From a virus, in IMG/VR virus record IMGVR_UViG_3300010158_000045, positions 1 through 64,000 of that record: 64,000 nt of DNA; one strand, 5' to 3'. Below are positions 12,801 to 21,828 of this stretch, in pieces. Positions within the stretch are counted from its first letter, which is position 1; the number at the start of each line of letters is the position of its first letter. A model generated the notes under the pieces. That model saw only the letters and a program-made list of their open reading frames with translations. It did no database searches and had not been told where the DNA came from. The translations under genes were made by a program, and so were the position numbers.

Positions 12801-15800
12801 AATAGATCCTGAAACTGGCGCAAAATACAATATAACAACTTTTGATAACAACTGTTATGTGCATGTTGCGTTTGATGCAAGCTCTTGGAATGTTTATAAA
12901 TTTACAGATTTACAAATTTCAATAACGAATGTTTCTTATGCAAATTCTATTTTAACATTAACTACAAGAAATTTAATAAATCTATCGGTAGGTGATTATA
13001 TAGGCATAAGTCAAGTAGACATACTAACAGGATTTTATCAAGTATCATCTGTAGAATTAAACTCTTTTACACTAGACGCTAAGATTTCTGGTTTCCCAAC
13101 ACCGTTTACCCAAGCAGGACAGTTGGTAATTTATGGGTTTGTTAGTCAGCGTGTAGCAAAACTTGATGATTTAGACAATATTATTACCGCGCAACCGTCT
13201 ACTGGCGACAAAGTTTGGGTAGACGATAATGGCTTTGGAAAATGGGCTACGTTAGAGTACTCGCTAGTCTATAATAAAACTGAGATAGCTAACACGTTTC
13301 CAGCTGATAATTTAAATTTTGGAAAAAATTTAATAATTAACAAAGACGGAAATATAGCAGTAACCGCAATGAGTACTGGCGAAATTCGTATATGGGATAA
13401 GGCCGGGCAAGCAAGTTCTTGGGTTGAGCGCCAAACAATATCCCTGCCAGTTGAATTAGTAGGAACTAATACACCCAATAATTTATCAACAGTGTTGGCA
13501 ATCAGTGATGATGCAAAATGGCTAGCAGTAGGTTCACCGCTGGCTGGCAATATTCCAACAAAATACAAAGGTGAACTTTCAGTAGTAAGATATTATCAGG
13601 TAAAGGATGTTGTCTCTTTTACAAATTCTAGTTCGGTTGCTGAATTTTATGAGTCACTGAGCTTGCATTACGGCGGGTATAATGCTACCACACAAATGCC
13701 TGATCTTACTAAGTGGAAAAAAATACCGTATCTTACTTTAGATGTTAATGGAACACCGTCTTATCTTGCTAACGAAGGTGTAGTTTCTTTATATCAAAAA
13801 GATGGAAACAATATTTTTACTTTGGTAGATCACATTGTTAGCCCAACATCTAGAGACACAACTACATTTACACCTAACGGTTTTGTAAGTGCTAATCTCA
13901 CTGCTGATGAACAATTTGGATCGAGTATTGTTTTTGCTGACAATGTGTTATGGGTATCCGCTCCAGGATATAAAACATTAGATTATACATCTGTCTACCA
14001 ACATTTTTATGCCCCATATATCAAACAAGGCATAGTGAGAAAATTTGCTTACGATCAAGTTATATTTGCAACGTCGGCATATAACCCTGTTGGTTCGTCG
14101 GGCACAACGGTTGTAGTAACATCCACGATAGGTATCCTTCCGAACATGGCGGTGACCGGCACAGGATTTACTAATCAATATGTAGTTTCAGTTATAGACT
14201 CAACACGATTACAGCTCAGTGTTGCCCCAACCAGCACACCCTCAGGAGAACTTAATTTTTCTAACACCTATTGGCATTTAGATTTTACTTTGTCTGGCCA
14301 TCGCGGCCCAATAGGCACTACAAATTTCCCTCAATCGTTTATTCGAAACGGAACAACAGCCACAGTAAAATTTGCTATAGGAACTGAGTTTGATTATACT
14401 TCGCCCTTGTATACAGTTGGCAGTCAGATAACTGTTTCAGGAACTCCTTACAATACGTTTAACGGAACATTTACGGTAACTAGCTGTAGCACTACAGAGT
14501 TAACTTACACCGTGGCAACTACTGCCGACACAGCCGATAACACTCCTTATAATCGCCGGGCTCCGGGCGGCTTTGGTGGCGGTGCTGTCCTATTTGATGC
14601 TGTTGTTCAACCTACAAATAGCTACGGAAATAAATTACGTGTTAGTCTAGATAACAGTAAATTAGTAGTGTCCGGCATTTCAGAAGGTGCATATGGCACT
14701 GTTTATATCTATAATCGTCCTAACTCTGCAACTACTTCTCCAGAATATTTTGTCATTATGGGTGCTGATTATTTCTTTGGTGTAGGTTTGGATTTAAGTT
14801 CTAGTGGAAATTATCTAGCTATTGGAGATATTACAACTAGTGTTTCTAAAATAAATCAAGGAAGTGTTAGTATTTTTAAATTTAATACTGAGTCTGAAAT
14901 ATTTGAACCTTATCAAGTTCTAACCAACCATGCATCAAAATCTTCTGGATATTTCGGAACTAATTTAGGATTCATGAACGGGGAACAAACACTAGTAATT
15001 TATAGCCAAGACGAAGATACTAGTCAAAATACTAAATTTGATGCAAAATTAACTACCTTTGATAAACGATCTACAGTGTTTACAGCAACACATACAAACA
15101 GTGGAAGAATTGATATCTATGACCGTTACTTGACAAAATGGGTTTATAGCGACACTTTAGAAACTACTAATGAAGAATTTGACGGCTTCGGGCTAGGATT
15201 TGCTGTGGGTGCAAATCATATTTTAGTAGGAGCACCATTTAGTCTAGATTCCATATTTAAATCAGGAAAAATTTACGACTACTATAAAAAATTAAATGCG
15301 TTAAATTGGAATGTAGCACACTACGAGATAGAAAAACCAGATCCAAAGAAAATTAAAAAGGCGTTTTTATACAATAAAGCAACTGGAACTTTAATCAAAT
15401 ACTTAGATGTTATCGATGTATCGCAGGGAAAAATTGCCGGCGCTGCCGAAGAAGAAATAAAATTCAAAACATTCTATGATCCTGCAATATATTCAGAGTC
15501 TACTGGTGTGTATACTGTAGTCCAAGATAGCCAACAATCTTGGACTAAATCTCAAGTAGGCATGCTATGGTGGAATTTATCTACAGCTAAATTTATTGAT
15601 TCTTATGATAACGATGTTGTATACAGAAATACTAACTGGAATACACTAGCAACCGGCGCCAGCATTGATATTTACGAATGGGTAGAATCTACAATATTAC
15701 CATCGGTGTGGGATAAACGAGCAGACACTACAGCTGGACTTGCCGCGAATATCAGTGGAACTAGTTTATACGGAGATGCAGTTTATAGTAAGGTAACTAA

Positions 15801-18800
15801 GTTTGATACCATTGCACAAACCAACAAATATACCTATTATTTTTGGGTCAAAAATAAAAAAATAATACCTAATGTTTCTGGTAGATATTTGTCAGCGTTG
15901 GATGTTTCATTGCTTATTTCAAATCCAAGAGGATATAACTATTCTTATTTGGCGTTAACTGGCGCAAACAGTTTTAGCTTAGTAAACGTTGCAAATGATC
16001 TAATTGATGTAAACGTGGTATTGTCTGTAGAGTATTGGACTATAGATAAACTTGACCAGAATATTCATAGTCAGTATAAATTAATTAGTAATGATGCCAA
16101 CACTATATTGCCAACAATAATAGAACAAAAATGGGCCGATAGTTTATGCGGGAATGATTTATTCGGAAGACTAGTCCCAGATCCTGCCCTGCCTCCAAAA
16201 TTAAAATACGGTATTCAAAACAGACCAAGACAAAGCATGTTTGTAAACCGATTTGAAGCACTTAAAGAATTAGCAGACCGTGTAAATTCAACATTAGCTC
16301 TTAATCAAATAGTAAAAACTAGAAATATTTCACGTTTAAAATCTTACGATAAACAGCCTAGTAAGAATACAGGACTTTACGACTTAGTTAAAACAACAGA
16401 AGTTAGTATTCCTTTAATTAACACAGGAGCATTTAGTAAACCAATATTAGGCGAACCAACTATTTCAAACGGAAAAATTATTGATATTCCAATAATTAAT
16501 GCAGGACGAGGCTATTTGTTTGCTCCTTACATTACTATAGTGGGAACTGGAATAGGCGCAAAAGTTCAATCAGTAATTAATGCCGCAGGACAAATTACAG
16601 GTGTTACTATTATAAATTCAGGCGAAGGTTATACTGTTAATACCACTGCATCTATAAGAAATTTTTCTGTATTAATTGAAAGTGATAGTGAAGCAGAAGG
16701 ATTTTGGAGCATCTATTCATATGAACCTTCTACAAAAATCTGGTCTAGAATACAAACACAAAGCTATGATGTAAGAAATTTCTGGGAATATGCTGATTGG
16801 TATGCTCCGGGTTTTAATAAATTTTCTCCTATTGATTATTCTGTGGACAACTATTACGGATTAAACACAATAACTACAGAATTAACACAAATTGTTAAAA
16901 TTAGAAACACAAATGCTGGTGGCTGGAGTTTACTAGAAAAATATGCTAACTCAAAATCTTCAGATTGGACACAATCGTATCGTGTTGTAGGGTTACAAGA
17001 GGGTACGATACAATTGAAATCTTCTTTATATCAAAGTATTAATACACCACTAGGATATGACGGATCAATATACGATAATGTTGTATATGATAATAGCCCA
17101 AATATTGAATTACGTATTATATTAGAAACTTTAAAAGATGATATTCTAATTGGGAATTTAAAACAAGATTATTTAAATTTATTTTTTACTACAATAAGGT
17201 ATGCACTGAGCGAACAGTTGTATCTTGATTGGATTTTTAAAACAAGTTTTATTAAATCAACGCATAATGTTGGATTATTAGACCAACCAGTGACATATCG
17301 TCCTGATAATTTAAGTAATTTCCAAGACTACATTTCAGAAGTTGTTCCTTACAGAACAACAATTAGAGAGTATATTAGTTCTCATACTGCTATAGATCAA
17401 GAAAACACCTTAATATCAGACTTTGATTTACCGCCAATTTTTGAAGATAATTCAAATACAGTAATTAATCCTTATGTTAAGAATGGCAGTATGATAGTAG
17501 ACGATGCTAACATACAAGTTTATCCTTGGAAAAATTGGCTACAAAATGTAGGATTTACTATAACTAGTATTAATATAGTCGACGGAGGCTCTGGGTATAT
17601 TTCAGAACCAGTAGTATCAATCACTAGCGATTCTGGTAGCGGAGCTACAGCAAGAGCATTTTTTGCAAATGGAATAGTTAACAGAATTACATTACTAACT
17701 CCGGGAGCCGGCTACTTATCGGCTCCAACAATTACAATATCGGGTGGTTTGTCGGTAGGCGGAACGCAGGCCACGGCCGCCGCAGTTATTGGAAAAGGCG
17801 TAGTGAGATCTAACTTGATTAAAATTAAATTTGATAGAACTACTTATTCTTATTATGTAACACAACTTTCAGTCACTCAAACATTTGCCGGACGATCTGG
17901 CATTGTACAATTCCAATTAAAATGGGCACCAGACATTAAAATTGGAAATAGTTCTGTAACTGTCGACGGTGTAGTAGTGCTACGAGATTTATACAAGTTA
18001 ACAATAATAACTTCCAAAAAGAATAACACCACACAATATTCTGGTTTAATAACATTCTTGACAGCACCAGCGACTGGTTCAGTCGTCATTGTTAATTACA
18101 ATAAAGACGAATCTTTGTTAAATGCTGCCGACAGAATACAATATTACTATCAATCAAGTAAGAACACAGTTGGATCGGATCTTGCTCAGCTGATGACGGG
18201 GATAGATTATGGTGGAGTCATTATAGATGGACTAAGTTTTGATGTAGCAACTGGCTGGGGCACATTGCCTTATTACAGCGACAAGTGGGACAGTGCTGAT
18301 CCAACATTTAATGATTACATTGTAACAGTGAGAGCCAATACTCATTCGTTTACATTGCCGTATACTCCTTCAACTGGCACACAACTCAATGTCTACTACA
18401 TACAAAAAAATGTAGATGTGGGCGTTTCTGATGGAGTAAATTTAAACTATCCTTTCTCTTTACGGGATACTTTTGTGGAAACAAGCGCAGAATATGATGC
18501 AGTCTCGGTAACTATACAAACTTCTTACGTTGCTCCACCTACTTATATTGCTTCTACCACAATAAGAGTTACCAGCACCGTTGGAATACGTCCAGGAATG
18601 TCAGTGTTTGGCACAGGGTTTGTGGTCGATCCAAAAACTCTTGTGCCATTGCAAAAAGTGATTAGTGTTAATTCAGTCAACAGTACTGTGTTGCTAACTT
18701 CTCCACCAAATGTGCGCCCAGTTGGAGTGTTATCATTTACTTTTAATATTCCCGGTTCTTTTAATTTATACGTTGACAATGCTGACGGTGTATTGGTAGG

Positions 18801-21800
18801 GGATCTAGTATCCACAACAGTTTCATCCTGTTTTGGCAATGATACTGTTGTGGTTGGAGTGGACACAGTTAATAAAATAGTAAAACTGAATCAAATAATT
18901 TACAGGATTGTTCCTTACAATACTACTATAACTTTCTCACGTAAGATCAGTGTAGTTTTTTATAATTACAATGCTATATTGCCATCACCGGCAGCAATTG
19001 GAACTAGAATTATAATAACAGGTGTATTAGATTCTATAAGATTAGACGATCCATACTATGGAGTTGATTTTGATCCAGCGCACCCTGATAATCCGTATCA
19101 AACAAATCAGTCAGCTGTAATGGTTTCTCCAGTAGGTGATAATAATACCAATACTTTTGTCATACCTGACACATTTGATGTGTACGACGGTGATCAATTT
19201 ATTATAAGACAAAGCACCAGTGACGGATCAATTAAACCTCTTGAGCAAGACTATGACACTGCGTTATCTGGCGGCAATATGGTATATAGTACAGCAACGG
19301 GTATATCGCCGGATGAGATTATCGTGGACGGTGATGATCTAATTAGCCCAACTACTAGTCCTGCCCCAGAAGAAGTAGTTCCCGGTCAAATAGTTGATGC
19401 ACTAGCTATTAAAGTGTATGACCAACCTAATTCTGGAAGTGCAAATATTAAAGTAGACAAGTATTTTGCCGACGGTAAGACTAAATCATTTGCAATTACA
19501 CAGACATTTAATAATGAAAGAGCAATTATTGTTAAAAATAATAATGTAATTAGTTCATATACTACAGATTACGTTGTTGATTATAAGAATAAATTAGTTA
19601 ATTTTACTTTTGCTCCAAATGCTGGAAATATTATTAGTATATTCAGTTTTGGATTTAACGGTTCTAATATAATAGACATTGATTCTTTTGTGGGTGATGG
19701 ATCAACTACTGAATTTTTAACCAAAGCACCTTGGCTAACATACGAAACAGGTCTTGTATACGTAAACGGAGTTGCGGCATCAGTTGAATTATTCAAAACA
19801 GATTCAACATATGATTCGGCAAACCGTACAGGAATTAGATTTGGACTTGCTCCATTAGTTGATTCTGTAATCAATTATGTAATTGTTAGTGGAACTCAAC
19901 AAACATTTAGTATAGCCAAGACTGAAACAATTGTTGCCGACGGTGTTAAAAATACATATAATTTATCATACCCAGTGGGAAATACTTTGCCGGCTGAATC
20001 TAATATAATTGTACGAGTAGATAATACGATTTTACCAAATCCAACTAATCAGTATTTTACTATTGAAAATAATAATCTTAGCTACACTATTGATAAGGCA
20101 AGAGCACTTCCTTACAGTATCATAATCAGTAATATTCTAGTATATGTATCTGGAAAAAAATTAAATTTAGGAACAGACTATGTTATCGACTTAGGCGGCA
20201 TAACTGTAAATATAACTAAACAAAATTATAATATATACAAAGGTAAGACGTTAGCTATTAGTATTATACAAACTAACGGCTATACATATTTGCCAGATAC
20301 TCAGCAAATTTTATTTAATACTGTCTACACTCCTTCAAACACTATTGAAGTAATGAGTTTTTATAATCACGATATTTTAGATATTGAAAGGACCGCATTT
20401 AATATAACCACTAACATATCTTATACACAAGATACAGTAGCGTATTTTACCTATACTGGTCTTGGAGCAGGAATTCTACCGGTTGATAGAACAGTACTTA
20501 GTGATGCTTATGTATGGGTAATGAAGAATAATGTGTTGTTAACTCCGTCCGTTGACTATAAGTTGTCAGACAATAAAAAATCTATAATACTAGAAATTAC
20601 ACCAGCTCGTAATGATGTGTACTCTTTGATGACGTTTAACAATAACGTTCTAGTTCCTGGAATTTCGTATATGCAATTTAAAGATATGCTTAACAGAACA
20701 CATTTTAAGAGATTAAGTAAAAATAAACAAACAAAATTAGCAACAGATTTACGTTATAACGATATTGCTATTCAGTTAATTGATGCTAGCAATTTTGATT
20801 TACCAAACACTACACTAAACAAACCGGGTGTGATTGAAATTTACGGAGAACGTATCGAGTTTTATCAAATTGAAGGTAATACATTAAGCCAGTTACGACG
20901 TGGCACACACGGAACTGGAACTCCGAGAATCCATCCTATAGGAACTCCAGTGCAAGATATTGGGCCAAGTGAAACACTGCCGTATTCGGAATCTTCATTA
21001 GTAACAACAGTGATTAGCACTGGTACTAATATTGTGCCTTTACCGTTTGTACCGACAAAATCTGGTATCAAACAGTGGTTTACAAAATTGGGATTCACAC
21101 TCAAAGACAACCATAATGGGGCAAATGGATACACAATCAACGATGTGGTAATTTATAACAATTTGTATTATGTAAATATAAAAACCTATGTGTTTGATAA
21201 GAAGAATATAATTCTTCCCACAAACAAAGTTTATTGGGAACTATACGATACCAAAGTTCCTGTGGGATTTGAACAATGCGACGAGCTTGAAGTTTTCATT
21301 GCAGGGTATAATGACGCAATAGAGTGGATTGAAAAAACAAGTTATACAGTTGGTGTAATCGTTAAAGTGGCAAGTTATACCTATAGATGCATTTCGGCGC
21401 ACACTAGCTCAACAAACTTCCTAAATGATAAAGCCAATTGGCAATTCTTTGTTGGAAATTTAAGATTGAAAAAACAACCTTATAAAGTACATAATGAAAC
21501 AATATCTCCATATAGCCCTGCCGGAGATGTTAAGCTGGATGCAGAATTTGCAGTAGACGGTGTTAGTCCAAGTTTAAGATTAACAAATTTAATACCTGCT
21601 GGCACTCAGATTACTGTAGTAAGACGAAAAGGCACAAGATGGGATAGTTCGTTAAATATTCAATATGATGATAATGCTATTGCTAATTTCTTAAAAGCAA
21701 CACCTGGAATTTGGTATCATGATAAAGTTGTATTGACAACAAGTACAACATTTACGGGAACTTTTGATAATAGTAGTACAGGATTCGATGATAGTACAGA

Positions 21801-21810
21801 TACGTGGTAA
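6850..21810 (+). CDS. Giant 4986-aa virion structural protein (baseplate/tail associated)
   Basis: Uninterrupted 14.96-kb ORF overlapping the gp6-like stop. Contains W-x5-Y-x-x-G-D-I-V modules, FG-GAP/propeller-like segments, G-S-G-Y..P..T-I repeats and D-G..T..F repeats. Confidence 0.75.
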   Translation: MADITNPFGDKKPLSVELLPNFYKTDPNKRFLQATVDQLIQPGVVKKINGFIGRQDSKATVGTDIFLNAATTDRQNYQLEPGITVNDTLGNNLFFKDYIDYINQLSVLGANTSNHARINKEEFYSWDPHIDWDKFVNFQNYYWLPYGPETIRVYGQQATAISTFNIDLQVEGSNNQLVFTPDGLAPNPVIKLYRGQTYTFNINTPNNPISIRLARSLQSLDKYNTGVSQQSVDSGTIIFKVPTDAPNILYYQSDRELTLGGAFQILSIDQDSYIDVESEILGKATYTLSNGTALSNGMKVTFAGNVSPAKYASGEFYVEGVGSSIVLINKQVLEVSSVYTVEQTILFDATPFDSTAFSDTSAFAQLKDYITINRASTDHNPWSRYNRWFHKDVIAASAHFNGNYPDTDQLQRAIRPIIEFQANLKLFNFGTSAVADIDLIDNFTTDAFSIIEGSKGYNVDSIALSQGQKILFTADTDKFVKNNIYQVEFVDVKHLNSGSRQLHLVKIAEPQLNQVVLVRAGTTNQGLMYWYNGTTWIKTQTKTAINQAPLFDVVDSNGKSFSDLTVYEGSTFAGTKIFSYKISSTGTVDPYLKFPLTYKNIANIGDIVFNFNLILDSFIYKDVTTVINKNISTGFLSYKTYSGNTEYVNGWQKCSNTAVQAGIRIYKNSNITNNFNIDVFDDTDNLDDLEVKVFINGIFLNRNFYSIIDAGQYKQVLLKTSIGLTDVLTIKTYSNKPINSNGHYEIPINLQNNPLNDAIENFTLGEVIDHFSSIVSNIPLKVLSSVAENTVSNQSFDPDYVNVRDLGNITQYGTKFVQHSAPASLNLYHITSQANNAIKSIEQSRDDYIKFKKLFVSVAETISNNNIPRKQVDEILKIINSDKINSQPYYFSDMSPYGSSVSTTIEVIDYRIKNYPLNNIFNLDTLSEKAVGVYVNDVQLIYGQDYTFNLQGFVTITYSLSNGDSVSIYEYDSTDGCFIPETPTKLGIFPKFAPKIYLDTTLITPRTMIQGHDGSQILAYNDYRDNIILELEKRIFNNIKISYDADLFDIDDIIPSYTRKTDYSLAEYNQVIAPSFYKWMSLIDQDYTKNTSFSPANPFTYNYIGTASPTGTDIPGYWRGIFRYFYNTDRPNLCPWEMLGFTLEPEWWTTAYGPSPYTSDNLVMWSDISKGLIKGDGTSPPVINPKHIKSFLLNHIPVDESGNLISPAAAGLAIGALTTSIENNFKFGDIGPVESAWRRSSHYPFSVLLANMLLFPAHAFSVLLDRSRVVKNISNQIIYSPTGLVIKPSDVILPSIASNSVRVQTSGIINYIVNYILSDNLKSYTAYKYDLTNIQTNLSHRIGGFTSKQKFNLILDSKTPLSTNSVFVPQEDYTVILNKSSPIKKICYSGVVITKLANGFEVRGYTTTQPYFVYYPYLQSGTTVTIGGISEAYTVWTPNENYVAGKIVRYVNQYYRVKTSHVSTDTIQTQYFASLGSLPIIGGKSAVFRKTWDRSTKITVPYGTQFETIQEVVDFLLGYGEYLKDQGFIFDDFNANLQIVTNWETSAKEFLFWTTQNWSSGQDKWDDWVPSKGFAYNDIVRYNGEYYKAIQNILPNIVFQIAGFAKLDGLNTQGNSVLSLSPAADKIIFNTTLSVVDDIRNQFNGYEIYKVDGTPLEAIFINSYRSDNAVSYSPRTGDGIYGATFYLIQHEHVVLLNNNTMFNDTLYNPPTGYKQDRIKVSGYVSTDWYGGFDIPGFILDLAKITEWQTWTDYDLGDIVKHKEFYYTASKFLAGSAKFVDNDWIKLNEKPSTQLLPNWTYKAGQFTDFYSLDSENFDSGQQRVAQHLIGYQKRQYLDNIIQDDVSEYKFYQGMIREKGTQNVLNKLFDVLSADNKESLTFYEEWAIRVGQYGANNAFENIEFTLDRTTFTNNPQGFELVNAVEYNVVKDFIIRQTPNDIYLKPAGYNSSPWPLNKNYQKFLNNSGHVRKSEVFKSLKTLGDITGIDPETGAKYNITTFDNNCYVHVAFDASSWNVYKFTDLQISITNVSYANSILTLTTRNLINLSVGDYIGISQVDILTGFYQVSSVELNSFTLDAKISGFPTPFTQAGQLVIYGFVSQRVAKLDDLDNIITAQPSTGDKVWVDDNGFGKWATLEYSLVYNKTEIANTFPADNLNFGKNLIINKDGNIAVTAMSTGEIRIWDKAGQASSWVERQTISLPVELVGTNTPNNLSTVLAISDDAKWLAVGSPLAGNIPTKYKGELSVVRYYQVKDVVSFTNSSSVAEFYESLSLHYGGYNATTQMPDLTKWKKIPYLTLDVNGTPSYLANEGVVSLYQKDGNNIFTLVDHIVSPTSRDTTTFTPNGFVSANLTADEQFGSSIVFADNVLWVSAPGYKTLDYTSVYQHFYAPYIKQGIVRKFAYDQVIFATSAYNPVGSSGTTVVVTSTIGILPNMAVTGTGFTNQYVVSVIDSTRLQLSVAPTSTPSGELNFSNTYWHLDFTLSGHRGPIGTTNFPQSFIRNGTTATVKFAIGTEFDYTSPLYTVGSQITVSGTPYNTFNGTFTVTSCSTTELTYTVATTADTADNTPYNRRAPGGFGGGAVLFDAVVQPTNSYGNKLRVSLDNSKLVVSGISEGAYGTVYIYNRPNSATTSPEYFVIMGADYFFGVGLDLSSSGNYLAIGDITTSVSKINQGSVSIFKFNTESEIFEPYQVLTNHASKSSGYFGTNLGFMNGEQTLVIYSQDEDTSQNTKFDAKLTTFDKRSTVFTATHTNSGRIDIYDRYLTKWVYSDTLETTNEEFDGFGLGFAVGANHILVGAPFSLDSIFKSGKIYDYYKKLNALNWNVAHYEIEKPDPKKIKKAFLYNKATGTLIKYLDVIDVSQGKIAGAAEEEIKFKTFYDPAIYSESTGVYTVVQDSQQSWTKSQVGMLWWNLSTAKFIDSYDNDVVYRNTNWNTLATGASIDIYEWVESTILPSVWDKRADTTAGLAANISGTSLYGDAVYSKVTKFDTIAQTNKYTYYFWVKNKKIIPNVSGRYLSALDVSLLISNPRGYNYSYLALTGANSFSLVNVANDLIDVNVVLSVEYWTIDKLDQNIHSQYKLISNDANTILPTIIEQKWADSLCGNDLFGRLVPDPALPPKLKYGIQNRPRQSMFVNRFEALKELADRVNSTLALNQIVKTRNISRLKSYDKQPSKNTGLYDLVKTTEVSIPLINTGAFSKPILGEPTISNGKIIDIPIINAGRGYLFAPYITIVGTGIGAKVQSVINAAGQITGVTIINSGEGYTVNTTASIRNFSVLIESDSEAEGFWSIYSYEPSTKIWSRIQTQSYDVRNFWEYADWYAPGFNKFSPIDYSVDNYYGLNTITTELTQIVKIRNTNAGGWSLLEKYANSKSSDWTQSYRVVGLQEGTIQLKSSLYQSINTPLGYDGSIYDNVVYDNSPNIELRIILETLKDDILIGNLKQDYLNLFFTTIRYALSEQLYLDWIFKTSFIKSTHNVGLLDQPVTYRPDNLSNFQDYISEVVPYRTTIREYISSHTAIDQENTLISDFDLPPIFEDNSNTVINPYVKNGSMIVDDANIQVYPWKNWLQNVGFTITSINIVDGGSGYISEPVVSITSDSGSGATARAFFANGIVNRITLLTPGAGYLSAPTITISGGLSVGGTQATAAAVIGKGVVRSNLIKIKFDRTTYSYYVTQLSVTQTFAGRSGIVQFQLKWAPDIKIGNSSVTVDGVVVLRDLYKLTIITSKKNNTTQYSGLITFLTAPATGSVVIVNYNKDESLLNAADRIQYYYQSSKNTVGSDLAQLMTGIDYGGVIIDGLSFDVATGWGTLPYYSDKWDSADPTFNDYIVTVRANTHSFTLPYTPSTGTQLNVYYIQKNVDVGVSDGVNLNYPFSLRDTFVETSAEYDAVSVTIQTSYVAPPTYIASTTIRVTSTVGIRPGMSVFGTGFVVDPKTLVPLQKVISVNSVNSTVLLTSPPNVRPVGVLSFTFNIPGSFNLYVDNADGVLVGDLVSTTVSSCFGNDTVVVGVDTVNKIVKLNQIIYRIVPYNTTITFSRKISVVFYNYNAILPSPAAIGTRIIITGVLDSIRLDDPYYGVDFDPAHPDNPYQTNQSAVMVSPVGDNNTNTFVIPDTFDVYDGDQFIIRQSTSDGSIKPLEQDYDTALSGGNMVYSTATGISPDEIIVDGDDLISPTTSPAPEEVVPGQIVDALAIKVYDQPNSGSANIKVDKYFADGKTKSFAITQTFNNERAIIVKNNNVISSYTTDYVVDYKNKLVNFTFAPNAGNIISIFSFGFNGSNIIDIDSFVGDGSTTEFLTKAPWLTYETGLVYVNGVAASVELFKTDSTYDSANRTGIRFGLAPLVDSVINYVIVSGTQQTFSIAKTETIVADGVKNTYNLSYPVGNTLPAESNIIVRVDNTILPNPTNQYFTIENNNLSYTIDKARALPYSIIISNILVYVSGKKLNLGTDYVIDLGGITVNITKQNYNIYKGKTLAISIIQTNGYTYLPDTQQILFNTVYTPSNTIEVMSFYNHDILDIERTAFNITTNISYTQDTVAYFTYTGLGAGILPVDRTVLSDAYVWVMKNNVLLTPSVDYKLSDNKKSIILEITPARNDVYSLMTFNNNVLVPGISYMQFKDMLNRTHFKRLSKNKQTKLATDLRYNDIAIQLIDASNFDLPNTTLNKPGVIEIYGERIEFYQIEGNTLSQLRRGTHGTGTPRIHPIGTPVQDIGPSETLPYSESSLVTTVISTGTNIVPLPFVPTKSGIKQWFTKLGFTLKDNHNGANGYTINDVVIYNNLYYVNIKTYVFDKKNIILPTNKVYWELYDTKVPVGFEQCDELEVFIAGYNDAIEWIEKTSYTVGVIVKVASYTYRCISAHTSSTNFLNDKANWQFFVGNLRLKKQPYKVHNETISPYSPAGDVKLDAEFAVDGVSPSLRLTNLIPAGTQITVVRRKGTRWDSSLNIQYDDNAIANFLKATPGIWYHDKVVLTTSTTFTGTFDNSSTGFDDSTDTW

Positions 21811-21828
21811 CAAAGGAAAATAATAAAA

